This document shows positions 1 to 9,482 of a stretch of DNA of 64,000 nt, piece after piece. The DNA is from Bdellovibrionales bacterium (GTDB taxonomy: Bacteria > Bdellovibrionota > Bdellovibrionia > Bdellovibrionales > UBA1609). Numbering within the stretch: position 1 is the first letter of the stretch; each line of letters opens with the position of its first letter. Made by a program: the position numbers and the translations under genes. The notes under the pieces were generated by a model. The model ran no database searches, was not told the DNA's origin, and worked only from the letters and a program-made list of their open reading frames with translations. The stretch spans positions 1,088,001 through 1,152,000 of the forward strand of contig OZ241877.1 of assembly GCA_965203095.1 (NCBI GenBank), in the 5' to 3' direction.

Positions 1-441
1 TCGAATAAAAATATCTTCTTCCTTTTCGTTCCATGCACGAACTTCTACAATTTCTGCTCTACTGACTTCAGCAAAATAAGAGGGGAAACTCAAGCAACCT
101 TCGCTAAAAACAACTTTTCCCTCTTTTTTGACTATTTCCGGATTAAACAAAATCAAAGGTTGTGGGATTTGAGCCACCAGCTTTTGGCTTAAAGAATCTG
201 TAGAATAACGAGGGGGGGGATCAACTTCTTGGTTGTTTAAAAGCTCTGGCCTTGTATCCGCCACTAAAAGCCGAACAGGACGAGCCACTTGAATGGCGGC
301 CAAGCCCACGCCATTTTGCTTTGACATAGTTTCTAACATATCTTGAGCCAGTTGTTTCAACTCTGGAGTGATTTTTTTAACTACCTGACCTTTATGCCTC
401 AGGCGGGGGTCGGGAAACCTCAAAACATTTAACAGAGCCAT
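1..441 (-). CDS. def: Peptide deformylase (3' end truncated by window edge)
   Basis: Manual translation from ATG at 441: MALLNVLRFPDPRLR...GVGLAAIQV...EGCLSFP; RBS-like AGGGGA upstream; not in ORF track because it runs off the window. Confidence 0.93.
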   Translation of the reverse strand, partial: MALLNVLRFPDPRLRHKGQVVKKITPELKQLAQDMLETMSKQNGVGLAAIQVARPVRLLVADTRPELLNNQEVDPPPRYSTDSLSQKLVAQIPQPLILFNPEIVKKEGKVVFSEGCLSFPSYFAEVSRAEIVEVRAWNEKEEDIFIR

Positions 442-652
442 AATTCCCCTCAAAAAATTTTCTAAGAATTTACTGGATTTTTTTCAAAATGTCAATATTG
501 CCTTTTCTTAACAGGCTTGAAGGAAGGCTCAAAGGTGGTGGGCACGAGCAAAAGAATGATTTTTTTAGTTCAGCTTGAACATTCCGCTAAAATGAGTCAT
601 AGTTTGATCTTGAGATTGTTTTTAAGCTCTTAATTCCACAAATGGAGGAAAG

Positions 653-1750
653 ATGAGCTTTCATGTCGCTTTAGTTGATAAAAGTGAGATCATCAAAAAA
701 ATGCTCTCACACTGTCTTTATTATTTTTCAGCTGATGTTTTGCGTTTTGATCAGCTAAGGGATATTAAAAACCATTTTTCAGACAAAAATCCAGATATTA
801 TTTTTATGGATTGGGATGTTGGAGGAGGGGAAGAGGCTGTTTCTTCTGCAATAAATGAAGTTCAACCAACTCCTATGGTTTTGCTTTACCGCTCTGAGGA
901 CGAAGTGCAGATCTCTTCCACGGCTTTAAACCTGCCTCATAAAATCAAAAAGCCTTTAGACCCTAAAGCAGTGAGGGATGTTTTCACAAAACTTGTGCCT
1001 CAAGCTAAGGACTCCAAAATTCATCCTTTCTTAAAATTCCCTAAAAGTTCAGTAAAAAAAGAATCGGCCCCAACTCAAGAGGCCCCTTCATCCTCTCATT
1101 TGAAAGGAAAACCAGTGGCAGGGGAACAGGACAAAAAAGACATGCAAAAGCCTTTTCCTGAAGTTTCGACAAAGCCGACACCGGCTAAAGAGAGGCTTAG
1201 CCATACCTCATCAGCCATTGCTCCTGAACAACCGGTTAAAAAAACAACAGATGTTCTAAGCCCAATAGCCAATAAAGCTTTTTCTATCCATCGCTCCTCC
1301 CCGCGAGAGAGTGTGGATTTGGCCAACAAAAAAAATCTCTCTGGCAAAAAAATAGATAAAGAAAACATTAACATAGATGAGAACACCCAAAACGATTTAG
1401 CCCCGATGGCCATTAAATCCGAATCTGATCTTAAAAGAGCACAAGATATAAAAAACTGGAAGTTGAGCGAAAAAGACATTTTGCGAGTTTTAAACAAGTA
1501 TAAAGACAGTTTGGAGTTTCAAGAGCTTATGGAAGGGGTATTGAGTGAATATGCCAAAAAGACTGTGACAAATATTCTTCAGGGGGATAAGGTAGTGGAT
1601 CTCCTCCGCCAGCCTTTAAATGAATTTAAAGAAGGAGAAAAATTTAAAGCCTTAGTGGAGAAAGAGATCATTCAATATGTCCGGAAAAATCTCCCTATTT
1701 TGCTTAAAGAAGTTGTGGAGCAGGAGATTAAAAAAATCATTGGAGATTGA
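653..1750 (+). CDS. romR: RomR-like polarity response regulator (N-terminal receiver, low-complexity linker, C-terminal helical domain)
   Basis: Receiver-like N-terminus (VALVDKS...PDIIFMD...IKKPLD), Pro/Ser/Lys-rich linker, C-terminal LPILLKEVVEQEIKKI; followed by nadC-like and birA, a context recalled for deltaproteobacterial romR. Confidence 0.65.
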   Translation: MSFHVALVDKSEIIKKMLSHCLYYFSADVLRFDQLRDIKNHFSDKNPDIIFMDWDVGGGEEAVSSAINEVQPTPMVLLYRSEDEVQISSTALNLPHKIKKPLDPKAVRDVFTKLVPQAKDSKIHPFLKFPKSSVKKESAPTQEAPSSSHLKGKPVAGEQDKKDMQKPFPEVSTKPTPAKERLSHTSSAIAPEQPVKKTTDVLSPIANKAFSIHRSSPRESVDLANKKNLSGKKIDKENINIDENTQNDLAPMAIKSESDLKRAQDIKNWKLSEKDILRVLNKYKDSLEFQELMEGVLSEYAKKTVTNILQGDKVVDLLRQPLNEFKEGEKFKALVEKEIIQYVRKNLPILLKEVVEQEIKKIIGD

Positions 1751-2415
1751 ATTTGGAGCCGGTTTTAAGTTTCTCAGCTCATTCTTCAAAAAGTCCACTG
1801 GCTTTTTTTATTCAAGCAGAGCAAGACGGCCTTTTTTTTGGCCGAGATCTTTTAAAGCATTACTTAAAAAACAAAAATGGTCATCTTCCTGATGAAATCA
1901 TAATTTACCCTGAGGAGGCCGGCTGTATTTTTAAAGGTCAAACGATTTTGGCTTATTATGGAGAAGTTTTAAAGCAGAAAACAGCTTTATCCATAGTGAG
2001 TCGTCTTTCTGGAGTTTATACTTTAGTTTCCTGTTTTACTGAGAGAAACTTTGACTTTTCCGTCATGGCATGTGCCTCATCGGATAGTTTTTTTTCTCCC
2101 TGGGAGGAAAAGGCCATCCTCCGGGCCGGGGCCTGTATCCAAAAAAAATCAATAGATAATGTTTGCTTTTACCCTGAAGAGGGCGGGAAAGCTTTAGAAA
2201 GAGGGGACAAGCAAATTGTTTTGAGTAGTTCAAAAATGCCAACAGAAGAGATAAAGAATATTTTAAAGCAAGCCCCTCGATCAACATCTATCAGCTTGCA
2301 AGGTTCTTTTTGGCCTTCAGAATTAGAAGAATTTAGGAATCTCAATTTAAAATCAGTTTATCCTATGGCCTTAAATGGCCTTTTCCCTCTACTACCAATG
2401 AAGATTCGCCCTTAA
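1747..2415 (+). CDS. Degenerate NadC (quinolinate phosphoribosyltransferase)-like protein
   Basis: KGQTIL...QKTALSIVSRLSGVYTL resembles NadC ERTALNFLQRLSGIAT; the DTRKT catalytic motif is absent; directly upstream of birA. Confidence 0.5.
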   Translation: MNLEPVLSFSAHSSKSPLAFFIQAEQDGLFFGRDLLKHYLKNKNGHLPDEIIIYPEEAGCIFKGQTILAYYGEVLKQKTALSIVSRLSGVYTLVSCFTERNFDFSVMACASSDSFFSPWEEKAILRAGACIQKKSIDNVCFYPEEGGKALERGDKQIVLSSSKMPTEEIKNILKQAPRSTSISLQGSFWPSELEEFRNLNLKSVYPMALNGLFPLLPMKIRP

Positions 2416-2993
2416 TGGCAGACAAAAAAATTCTCCTTTGGACAAAAAACTGGCTCAAGCAAAAAAACTATCGGTTTTGTTTTTGTCAGCAAGCCGAAAG
2501 CAGTAATGACTGGGCTAAAGCCTCTGCCTTTAAAAGTCCTGCCTCTCCAGGAATTTTTCTTGTGGCTCAACAGTCTAAAGGACGAGGGCGACAGGGCAAA
2601 TCATGGGAAGACAGCGACTTAATGCTTTCCCTCTTATGGGAGAAGTATTTAAGGGATATTCCAGTAGGAAGTGATACAGCCTTTGCCCTTGATTTGCTGG
2701 AATCTTTAAAAAGAACATGGCCTTTTTTGCCTTTGTCTATTAAAGCTCCTAATGATCTTCTTTTAAAAGGGAAAAAAGCTGGTGGGCTTTTATTAGAATT
2801 GGTGAGCCAAGGCTCTCAAACCGCCCTTGTTTTAGGCTTAGGCTTAAATGTTTTTTCTTGCCCAAAGGCTGTGTCTGGGGCTTGTCTTTCAGATTATGCA
2901 AAAAATATTCATGTCAGAACTTGGGAATTTTTTTTAGAGAATTTGTTTTCCCTTTGGAAAGTAAGAGCTGTGAAAGCCGAACCACTTCTTTAA
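2415..2993 (+). CDS. birA: Biotin-protein ligase (short, catalytic domain only)
   Basis: SSND, QSKGRGRQGKSW, IKAPNDLLLKGKKAGGLLLE and GLGLNV motifs. Confidence 0.88.
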   Translation: MADKKILLWTKNWLKQKNYRFCFCQQAESSNDWAKASAFKSPASPGIFLVAQQSKGRGRQGKSWEDSDLMLSLLWEKYLRDIPVGSDTAFALDLLESLKRTWPFLPLSIKAPNDLLLKGKKAGGLLLELVSQGSQTALVLGLGLNVFSCPKAVSGACLSDYAKNIHVRTWEFFLENLFSLWKVRAVKAEPLL

Positions 2994-2994
2994 T

Positions 2995-4014
2995 TTAAAT
3001 CTCTCTGGGGTCAAAAGCGTCCCTCAGCCCATTTCCTATAAAAGTTAAAGCCAACAGGGTAGAAAAAAGAGCTAAAGAGGGAAAAAGGGCCAACCACCAA
3101 GCTGTGGTAATATGCTTTTCCGCTTGCGAAAGGAGTTCCCCCCAACTGGGAGTGGGGGGCATAAGCCCAAAGCCCAAATAATCTAAAACAGCTAAAGCAC
3201 CTATAAGGCCCGCTAAAGTGAAAGGGGAAAAAGTGATAATGGGGTTTAAACCATTAGGAAAAATATGTTTAAGAATGATTCCCCATTGGCCTCTCCCTAA
3301 AGCCCGGCTGGCCTCTACAAAAGATCTCTTTTTAAGTCGTAAAAATTCCGCTCGCATGTAAAGGGAAATGCTGACCCAACTGAAAAGGCAAAAAACAAAA
3401 ACCATGAAAACAAAACTTCTTCCGATAACTGTAGTGAGAGTAATAAGAACGATGAGGACAGGTAAAGCTTCTATCACTTCTACCAACCGTTGTCCAACTA
3501 TATCCACAAGCCCTCCAAAATAGCCCATGAGGGCACCCAATAAGCTCCCGATAATATAAGAGAAAAGCCATATACAAAAAGCAAACATAATGCCATAGCG
3601 ATAGCCATAGACCAGGCGAGATAAAACATCCCGGCCCCTGTCATCTGTCCCCAACCAATTCAAAGAGCTGGGCGGACTGGGGAATTTTTTAACATTCAAG
3701 TTGCTTTCATAAGGATCCCATGGGACCAGTGGCCACAAAGCCCAGTCCTTTTCATTAAGCTTTAGCTTTTTGTAATCTGTAATGTATTGATCTTTTAAAC
3801 CAAAATTTTCTGGAGGATAGTTTTTAATCACAGGAGCATAAAATGTTCCCTGATGGTATAGGAAAAGAGGTTTGCTATTGGACCAAAACTCAGCAGTTAA
3901 ACTGATGACAAGGAAAAACAAAAGCAACCAAAGGGAAAACCAGCTGGATTTTCTGGATTTAAAAATCCTCCATCTTTTGACTGTTAAAGGATTGGTAATA
4001 AATTTTTCCAACAT
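2995..4014 (-). CDS. yejE: Peptide ABC transporter permease, YejE-like (OppC family)
   Basis: WLGTDDRGRDVLSRLVYG, FVEASRALG (EAA loop), PPTPSWGELL, GLRDAFDPR; ATG at 4014 preferred over the track start at 4065. Confidence 0.85.
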   Translation of the reverse strand: MLEKFITNPLTVKRWRIFKSRKSSWFSLWLLLFFLVISLTAEFWSNSKPLFLYHQGTFYAPVIKNYPPENFGLKDQYITDYKKLKLNEKDWALWPLVPWDPYESNLNVKKFPSPPSSLNWLGTDDRGRDVLSRLVYGYRYGIMFAFCIWLFSYIIGSLLGALMGYFGGLVDIVGQRLVEVIEALPVLIVLITLTTVIGRSFVFMVFVFCLFSWVSISLYMRAEFLRLKKRSFVEASRALGRGQWGIILKHIFPNGLNPIITFSPFTLAGLIGALAVLDYLGFGLMPPTPSWGELLSQAEKHITTAWWLALFPSLALFSTLLALTFIGNGLRDAFDPREI

Positions 4015-4084
4015 ATACGGTGGTTCCAGAATCTTTTTTGTTCCCGCAAAGCTTATTGTTCTCACAAGTTTTCAAAAAAGTCCA

Positions 4085-4281
4085 GTCATTCCCGAATTGA
4101 GTGGGAATCCATAAAGGCCTGCCCTCATGAAAACGGTGGTTCTTCCTGTAAAGCAAGGTTTCTGGATTCCTGCTTTCGTGGGAACCCAAAAGCTTGGGGA
4201 GCTTTTGGGCAAAGCTTTTTAACAAGGTTTTTCACGAGTGACTACAACATTAGTGTCCTGTGAAAAAGTCCGCTAAAAAGC
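4085..4281. repeat. dRS3-like palindromic / MITE-like repeat element, copy 1
   Basis: GTCATTCCC...GGGAATCC palindrome at 4085; 4161-4213 is an inverted near-copy of 13979-14031; TTTTTAACAAGGTTTTTCACG is shared with the 38.27 kb copy; head-to-head termini at 4215-4244 and 4251-4281. Confidence 0.8.
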
Positions 4282-4335
4282 TTTTTTTATTGAGCAGACT
4301 TGACAAAAAACAGACTCTTTACATAAATAAAGGAC

Positions 4336-5091
4336 ATGCCCTTTTTCTTGCTTTTGCTATTTTTGTTTGTCGGTTGTGCCCACCACTCAAAACAGCTCAA
4401 AACAGCTCAAAACCCGCAGTTTTATTTAGATAAAGCGATTCATTATAAAAAAAAGGGAGATTATCCTAAAGCCTTAGAGTTTTTAAGGGCATTGAGGAAA
4501 CATTTTTTTTACAGCTCTCTTAACAGCCCGGCTCTTCTTCTGACAGCTGATATTTACTTTGAGCAAGAAAAGTTTTCTCAAGCCGGCAAAACCTACCAAA
4601 AGCATTTAGATATTTACCCTCAAAAGCTCAAAGACTATGCTCTTTACCGTAAAGGCTTGGCGGAAAAAAATCAACTGCCTCAGCGAGTGGATCAGGATCT
4701 GAGCATAGCGGAATCGGCCCTCAAAGCCTTCAATACTCTTTTGCAATCCCCGTCTGATTCCCCTTATAAACAAAAAGCTCTTAAAGAAAAAAAAGAAATT
4801 TTAAACAAAAAAGCTTCGCGAGAGTTAAAAACGGCACTCTTTTTTAAAAAACAGGGCTGGTTGAAGGCCAGCCTTCGGAGAATCCAATATTTTATTGAGC
4901 ATTATCCTCAAAGTCCTCTTTTGCCAAAGGCTCTTCTCACTGGGGCTGAGCTGGCTTATTTTCTCAAAGAAGACCCAAAAAAATGGACAGATCCTCTCAT
5001 TAAAAATCACCCGGAATCCTCAGAGGCAAAGAATATTCCTAAAAGTTGGGAAAAATCCACTCTACAAAAATGGGGAGAAAAATTATTATGA
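4336..5091 (+). CDS. bamD: Outer-membrane assembly lipoprotein BamD (TPR)
   Basis: Lipobox FVGC, TPR helices, YALYRKGL, VDQDLS..A...F, ELKTALFF, YPQS pattern. Confidence 0.8.
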   Translation: MPFFLLLLFLFVGCAHHSKQLKTAQNPQFYLDKAIHYKKKGDYPKALEFLRALRKHFFYSSLNSPALLLTADIYFEQEKFSQAGKTYQKHLDIYPQKLKDYALYRKGLAEKNQLPQRVDQDLSIAESALKAFNTLLQSPSDSPYKQKALKEKKEILNKKASRELKTALFFKKQGWLKASLRRIQYFIEHYPQSPLLPKALLTGAELAYFLKEDPKKWTDPLIKNHPESSEAKNIPKSWEKSTLQKWGEKLL

Positions 5092-5594
5092 AACAAAATA
5101 TTGTTTTTTTAAAAGAAGAGGCCATTCAAAATCTGGTTAAGGGCTTAGCTAAAGAAATTGATCATGATTATAAAACAGAATCAGAGCCTTTGGTTTTGCT
5201 TTGCCCACTTAAAGGTTCTGTATTCTTTTTTTCCGATTTGGTGAGCCACTTAAAAAGCCCCTTAGTTTTGGATTTTATCTCTATTGAAAGCTCAAAAGGG
5301 GATTTTAGCATTTCCAAAGACATTCAACTGCCTATAAAAAATCGCCATGTTTTAATTGTGAAGGAGATTTTAAATGCGGGCCGAAAACTTCTTTTTTTAA
5401 AAAAAAGAATTTTAGCCGCTCAGCCAAAATCAGTTAAAATCGTCACTCTCATTGACAAGCCTTCCCAAAGGGAATTGGATTTGCATCCCGATTATTTTGG
5501 AATGGCTGTAGATGACCGATATATCTTTGGCTATGGGCTGGATCATGAAGAAAAGAAACGGCAGTTAAGGGATATGTATCTTTTTGCTCAATAA
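5088..5594 (+). CDS. hpt: Hypoxanthine phosphoribosyltransferase-like protein with altered PRPP-binding loop
   Basis: LKGSVFFFSDL, LIDKPSQR, FGYGLD motifs; PRPP loop reads VLIVKEILNAGRKL; ATG at 5088 overlaps the bamD stop. Confidence 0.75.
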   Translation: MKQNIVFLKEEAIQNLVKGLAKEIDHDYKTESEPLVLLCPLKGSVFFFSDLVSHLKSPLVLDFISIESSKGDFSISKDIQLPIKNRHVLIVKEILNAGRKLLFLKKRILAAQPKSVKIVTLIDKPSQRELDLHPDYFGMAVDDRYIFGYGLDHEEKKRQLRDMYLFAQ

Positions 5595-5645
5595 TTTTGG
5601 TTTTTCTCCACTTTCTAAAAGTTAAAGGTCTTTTTTGCTAAAAAT

Positions 5646-6455
5646 ATGAAAAAATCGATTTTGTTTTTGGCTTTTTTGGCTTTTTTTGGGAAAAACTCTT
5701 TTGCTGAGAGAAAAAAGATAGAAGCCAACTCCTCTCCCATTCATTCTAAACATTGGTTTTGGCCCTTACCATGGATTAAAGGCAACCCTCTTTTAATTCA
5801 TGATATTTTTATCATTTCTTTTAATTTGGAAAAAAAATTTCCTTCATGGATCGCTTATCATCTTTCGCCAGCTCTGCTTTGGGGGCAAATCAAAGCGGAA
5901 AGGAAATATGTTGCTGATCCTTTATTATTACCTAAGCAGGGTTTAATTTATAAAAATTATAAAGGGTCCAGCCGTTGCGATGGAAAAGGGCCTGGTTATG
6001 ATAAGGGGCATTTGGCCCCATTAGGTTCTTTTAAAGCTTCTCCCTATATCTATCAAGCACAGTATTTGAGCAACATTGTCCCTCAAAGTAGAAATCTCAA
6101 TCAAGGCCCTTGGAGAAAGTTAGAGGAGCGGGTAAGAGATTTTGTGCGAAAAGGGAAGGAATTGAAAATTTTGACCGGCCCCATTTACGGGAAAGAAGGA
6201 AACAAACTTGCCCCTTGTTGGAAATCTGCCCAAGGGAAGTTGCAAGAGATCCCTATTGCCTATTGGAAGGCTGTAGCTTTTAAAACTTCATCTCAAATTC
6301 ATGTTTGTGCTTTTCTCATGCCACAAAAAGCAAAAAAATCAGCTGTTCCCCAAAAATACATCACCGGACTTAAAGAAATAGAGAAAAAAACAGAGCTAAC
6401 TCTTTTATCAAATCAAAAACCCATTCTTCAATCTTGTAAATTTTTATTTCCTTGA
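5646..6455 (+). CDS. Secreted DNA/RNA non-specific endonuclease (NucA/EndoG family)
   Basis: Signal peptide, YDKGHLAP active-site motif, SNIVPQ..LNQGPWRKLE, TGPIY. Confidence 0.9.
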   Translation: MKKSILFLAFLAFFGKNSFAERKKIEANSSPIHSKHWFWPLPWIKGNPLLIHDIFIISFNLEKKFPSWIAYHLSPALLWGQIKAERKYVADPLLLPKQGLIYKNYKGSSRCDGKGPGYDKGHLAPLGSFKASPYIYQAQYLSNIVPQSRNLNQGPWRKLEERVRDFVRKGKELKILTGPIYGKEGNKLAPCWKSAQGKLQEIPIAYWKAVAFKTSSQIHVCAFLMPQKAKKSAVPQKYITGLKEIEKKTELTLLSNQKPILQSCKFLFP

Positions 6456-6478
6456 AGTTCTTGTTTTTTTATCTATCA

Positions 6479-6970
6479 TTACCACCAATCATAAACAAGA
6501 TCTCTCAAGAGTTGAGCCTCATCGTCTTCTCGTTCAAAAGCCTCTTCAGCTTTTGGATGCCTTCTCAACCAATTTAGAAAAGCAGAACTTTCTTTATCAG
6601 AATAATCACTTATCAAATCAGCTAAAGGATCAGGAGAAATATAAACATAGTTCTCAAAGGCAAGCTCTAATTCTTTGTTATAAAGAGGATTGTCGAAGAG
6701 GCTTTTATAATGGAGTTCGGATTCAGTTGATGAAATAATATATTCTAATTCGTCCTGCAAATGGTCCAGGCTATATACCTCAGCAATGGTAAGCATCTCA
6801 CAGTCTTTTATATTGCTTTTACTGGGTCTATAAATTTCTTTACATATTCTTTTACAGCTATGATTTTCTGCCTCCTCATAACAGTGATTTGCTATGAGAT
6901 TACTGGCTGATACTTCTATTAAAGCCACAGGACTGATTAAAAAAGCGATTAGGACAAAAAAGTTTTTCAT
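6479..6970 (-). CDS. Hypothetical exported acidic Cys-containing protein
   Basis: 163-aa ORF with RBS (GGAGG), signal peptide and four N-terminal Cys; no family recognised. Confidence 0.6.
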   Translation of the reverse strand: MKNFFVLIAFLISPVALIEVSASNLIANHCYEEAENHSCKRICKEIYRPSKSNIKDCEMLTIAEVYSLDHLQDELEYIISSTESELHYKSLFDNPLYNKELELAFENYVYISPDPLADLISDYSDKESSAFLNWLRRHPKAEEAFEREDDEAQLLRDLVYDWW

Positions 6971-7085
6971 AAAACCCTCCTTTATTTTGTAATAATGTTA
7001 GGGAAAAAATATCAACTTCTAAAAATTTAGTCAACAAAAAAATACCTTTTAGTGAATATTCTACAAAAACTTATAATGTCTTAAC

Positions 7086-8180
7086 TTATGAATTTATATT
7101 TTTGAGAAAATCCACCCAAGATTGCTTATAAATATCTACTTTTGCCAAAGCTCCCATACAAAAAATAATTTTGTAAAAATTTTGCATGATTAAGGCTAAA
7201 GAGTTTTTGTGATGAGGGATTTTTATATAAAGATAACTTATTCCTGAAGAGTTTAACAACTTTTTGACAGGGCCTTCCCATTGAGGATAAGTGTTTTTAT
7301 CTATGTCCAAAGCTAAAATTCCAGCTTGATTTTTTTTGGCCATCAGTTCTTCTATCATGGCGTGCCTTAGATCAGGTAAAGTTAAGCTCCTTAAAGCAGG
7401 AGCTAATTTTTCTGTCTCCTGTTTAAAAAGGGATTCTGAGTAGCAAAGCTCCATATAGTGTGCCAACTCGTTTAAACGAGGGTCAAAAGGGATTAGAAAC
7501 AACTCCCTGATCTTGTCAAAATGATGAATAAAAAATTCGATTTGCCGATTAGGGAAATGATTTTCTATCTCTTCATTATGAGCATAGTTTATACCAAAGG
7601 CCCTTAACTGGACTAACCCGCTCAAAGTGAAAAAGGAAAATCGCCCAGGAAGAGAGTCTTTTAGAAAAACAACATTTCCTTCCTGTTTTTGTATCCAACT
7701 TAAAAGAGGGCTTTTGCGGGCTTGGGTAAGAACTGTTATTCTTTTTTTAAAGGAGAGTTTTTTCTTATGATAAATGTTTTGTAAAAAGGATTTGTAAAAT
7801 ATCACCTCTGAAGTGCTTCCACTTTTTGACAAAAACAAAAACCCACAATTCCTCAACTCCTCCTTTGTTTGAGCCAACAGATTGTTTAAATTTTGAGGAT
7901 CCATATCACTTATGAGATAAGCTTTCCCTTTTTTATAAGGGAAAAGGCTCAAAGCGATTTTTGCAGGATGACCTGCACCTCCAAAAGCAAAAATAAAAAC
8001 TTTATTAAAGGATGAGGACAAATCTCTCCATATTTTTTGAGCTTGTTTTAAATTGGTTTTTGAAAATGAAGATAAAGGGCCTTCCCTCTTATATTTTTCT
8101 AAAATAAGGGAATAGAACTCTTTTTCTGATCTCAGAAGAGAGAATTTTGAGGTTTTTATCTGAATATTTTTTGTCCTCAT
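7086..8180 (-). CDS. Divergent glucose-6-phosphate isomerase / SIS-domain protein
   Basis: FGGA, SKSGSTSE, PGRFS, SESLFK and C-terminal QSWVDFLK echo PGI motifs but are degenerate; only 364 aa. Confidence 0.6.
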   Translation of the reverse strand: MRTKNIQIKTSKFSLLRSEKEFYSLILEKYKREGPLSSFSKTNLKQAQKIWRDLSSSFNKVFIFAFGGAGHPAKIALSLFPYKKGKAYLISDMDPQNLNNLLAQTKEELRNCGFLFLSKSGSTSEVIFYKSFLQNIYHKKKLSFKKRITVLTQARKSPLLSWIQKQEGNVVFLKDSLPGRFSFFTLSGLVQLRAFGINYAHNEEIENHFPNRQIEFFIHHFDKIRELFLIPFDPRLNELAHYMELCYSESLFKQETEKLAPALRSLTLPDLRHAMIEELMAKKNQAGILALDIDKNTYPQWEGPVKKLLNSSGISYLYIKIPHHKNSLALIMQNFYKIIFCMGALAKVDIYKQSWVDFLKNINS

Positions 8181-8312
8181 TTTGTTTAAAACCTAACAGG
8201 ATAGCCAAAGGTCCATGAAAACTCTAATAAAATGGAGCTGGACGGGAAGGCATTGTTAAAAACTTCCAAGACGAGTGGAAAGCTTTGTGGAGTAGCACAT
8301 CCGCTAATGCAG

Positions 8313-9209
8313 TTATTTTTTCTTACTGATCTCTGTCATCCTGCTTTCCTCTTCGCTGTTTTTAGCACCTTCTAAATTGTAAATAGCGGCTCTCAAAGCA
8401 GAAACTGCCCGGCGGGAGCTTTCTTTTAAGCTGTTGTTTTCTACTTGCAAATCTTGATTTTTTTTGTGTGCTCCGTCCAAATTGCTTTTAATTTTTTGAA
8501 TTTGCTTTTTTAAATCGATAATTTGTTTGTCTTTTTCCCTCTGAAGGACAGAATTTTCCATTTTTAAAATTTCAACCCGACTTTCTAAGGAGCTTTCTCT
8601 GGCATGGATCCCCTGCAAATTGCTGGATAACCTTTTCTCTAACTCCTGTTTTTTAGCTTGTAGGTGACGGACCTGAGTTTTAGCCTCTTCTAAGGTGGAG
8701 AGGAGAACCTCTTTTTCCTCCTTAGAGCTGTCTTTTTCCTCTTTCAAGCTGTATTTTAAGTCTTCCAGTTTGGATTTTAAAGAGCTGTTTTTTTCCTTCA
8801 AAATTTCCCCAGCTGAAATTAAGGACTCCTGCTTTTGCCTTAAATCGTTCAGCTCAGTTTCTAAATCTGTGATTTTATCCTGTGCAATCCGTAAGCTTTC
8901 TGATTGCAGGAGATGCATTTGCAGGGGTGAAGATGAGGCGGGTTCGCCGGTCTGTTTTGAAAGCATCTGAAGTTTTCGGGCATGCAGGGCAGTGAGCCTA
9001 TCCTCATGGCTGGTTTGAGTTTGTCCTTCCTTTTTTGAAGAGGAAGCTTTTTGTTGGTTCTCTTTTTTGGTATTTTTTTTGGAAGGGGCTTGAGCATTAG
9101 GCTTTTTTGCCTGAGAGCTTTTAGGATCGGGAGGAACAATGGAGATCTTTTGACTTTTGGGCTTGGCCAAAGTAGCCAATATCTGCTTTAGTTTAGTTTT
9201 TTCATTCAT
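8313..9209 (-). CDS. Hypothetical coiled-coil protein
   Basis: 298-aa ORF with long heptad-rich E/K/L/Q region; RBS GAGG upstream. Confidence 0.65.
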   Translation of the reverse strand: MNEKTKLKQILATLAKPKSQKISIVPPDPKSSQAKKPNAQAPSKKNTKKENQQKASSSKKEGQTQTSHEDRLTALHARKLQMLSKQTGEPASSSPLQMHLLQSESLRIAQDKITDLETELNDLRQKQESLISAGEILKEKNSSLKSKLEDLKYSLKEEKDSSKEEKEVLLSTLEEAKTQVRHLQAKKQELEKRLSSNLQGIHARESSLESRVEILKMENSVLQREKDKQIIDLKKQIQKIKSNLDGAHKKNQDLQVENNSLKESSRRAVSALRAAIYNLEGAKNSEEESRMTEISKKK

Positions 9210-9482
9210 ATTTTAACCTCATTGCTCGGTCTATAAAGCTTTTCGGCAAAAAAAAGGGATTTCTAAAGTTTTATAGGAATATTTCTGCCTTTTTTAGGGG
9301 ACTTGAGGAATGCTCCTCCATAAACTTTTCTGATGGCCCTAAAAAAGGTTCTATAAAACTATTGACAAAAACATAACTTTGTAGAGAGATAGCTGTTAAG
9401 CCTTTGTTTTTTTCAAAGGCTTTGAAGTGGAAAGGCATTTGGCCATGGACTGTTTTTTTCGTGTTTTGTTATAAGGCTTTTT

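Noticed and set aside
160..260. Insertion in peptide deformylase as a novelty
   Set aside because: I recall a similar-length insert in Bdellovibrio-type deformylases, so it is probably lineage-normal
6479..6970. Nuclease inhibitor (NuiA-like) for the adjacent endonuclease
   Set aside because: Convergent rather than operonic, and no recognisable similarity; only acidity and proximity support it
9398..9422. Hairpin AAGCCTTTG-T7-CAAAGGCTT as a terminator or riboswitch
   Set aside because: Lies between divergent genes upstream of gdhA with no clear U-tail or aptamer; function cannot be supported
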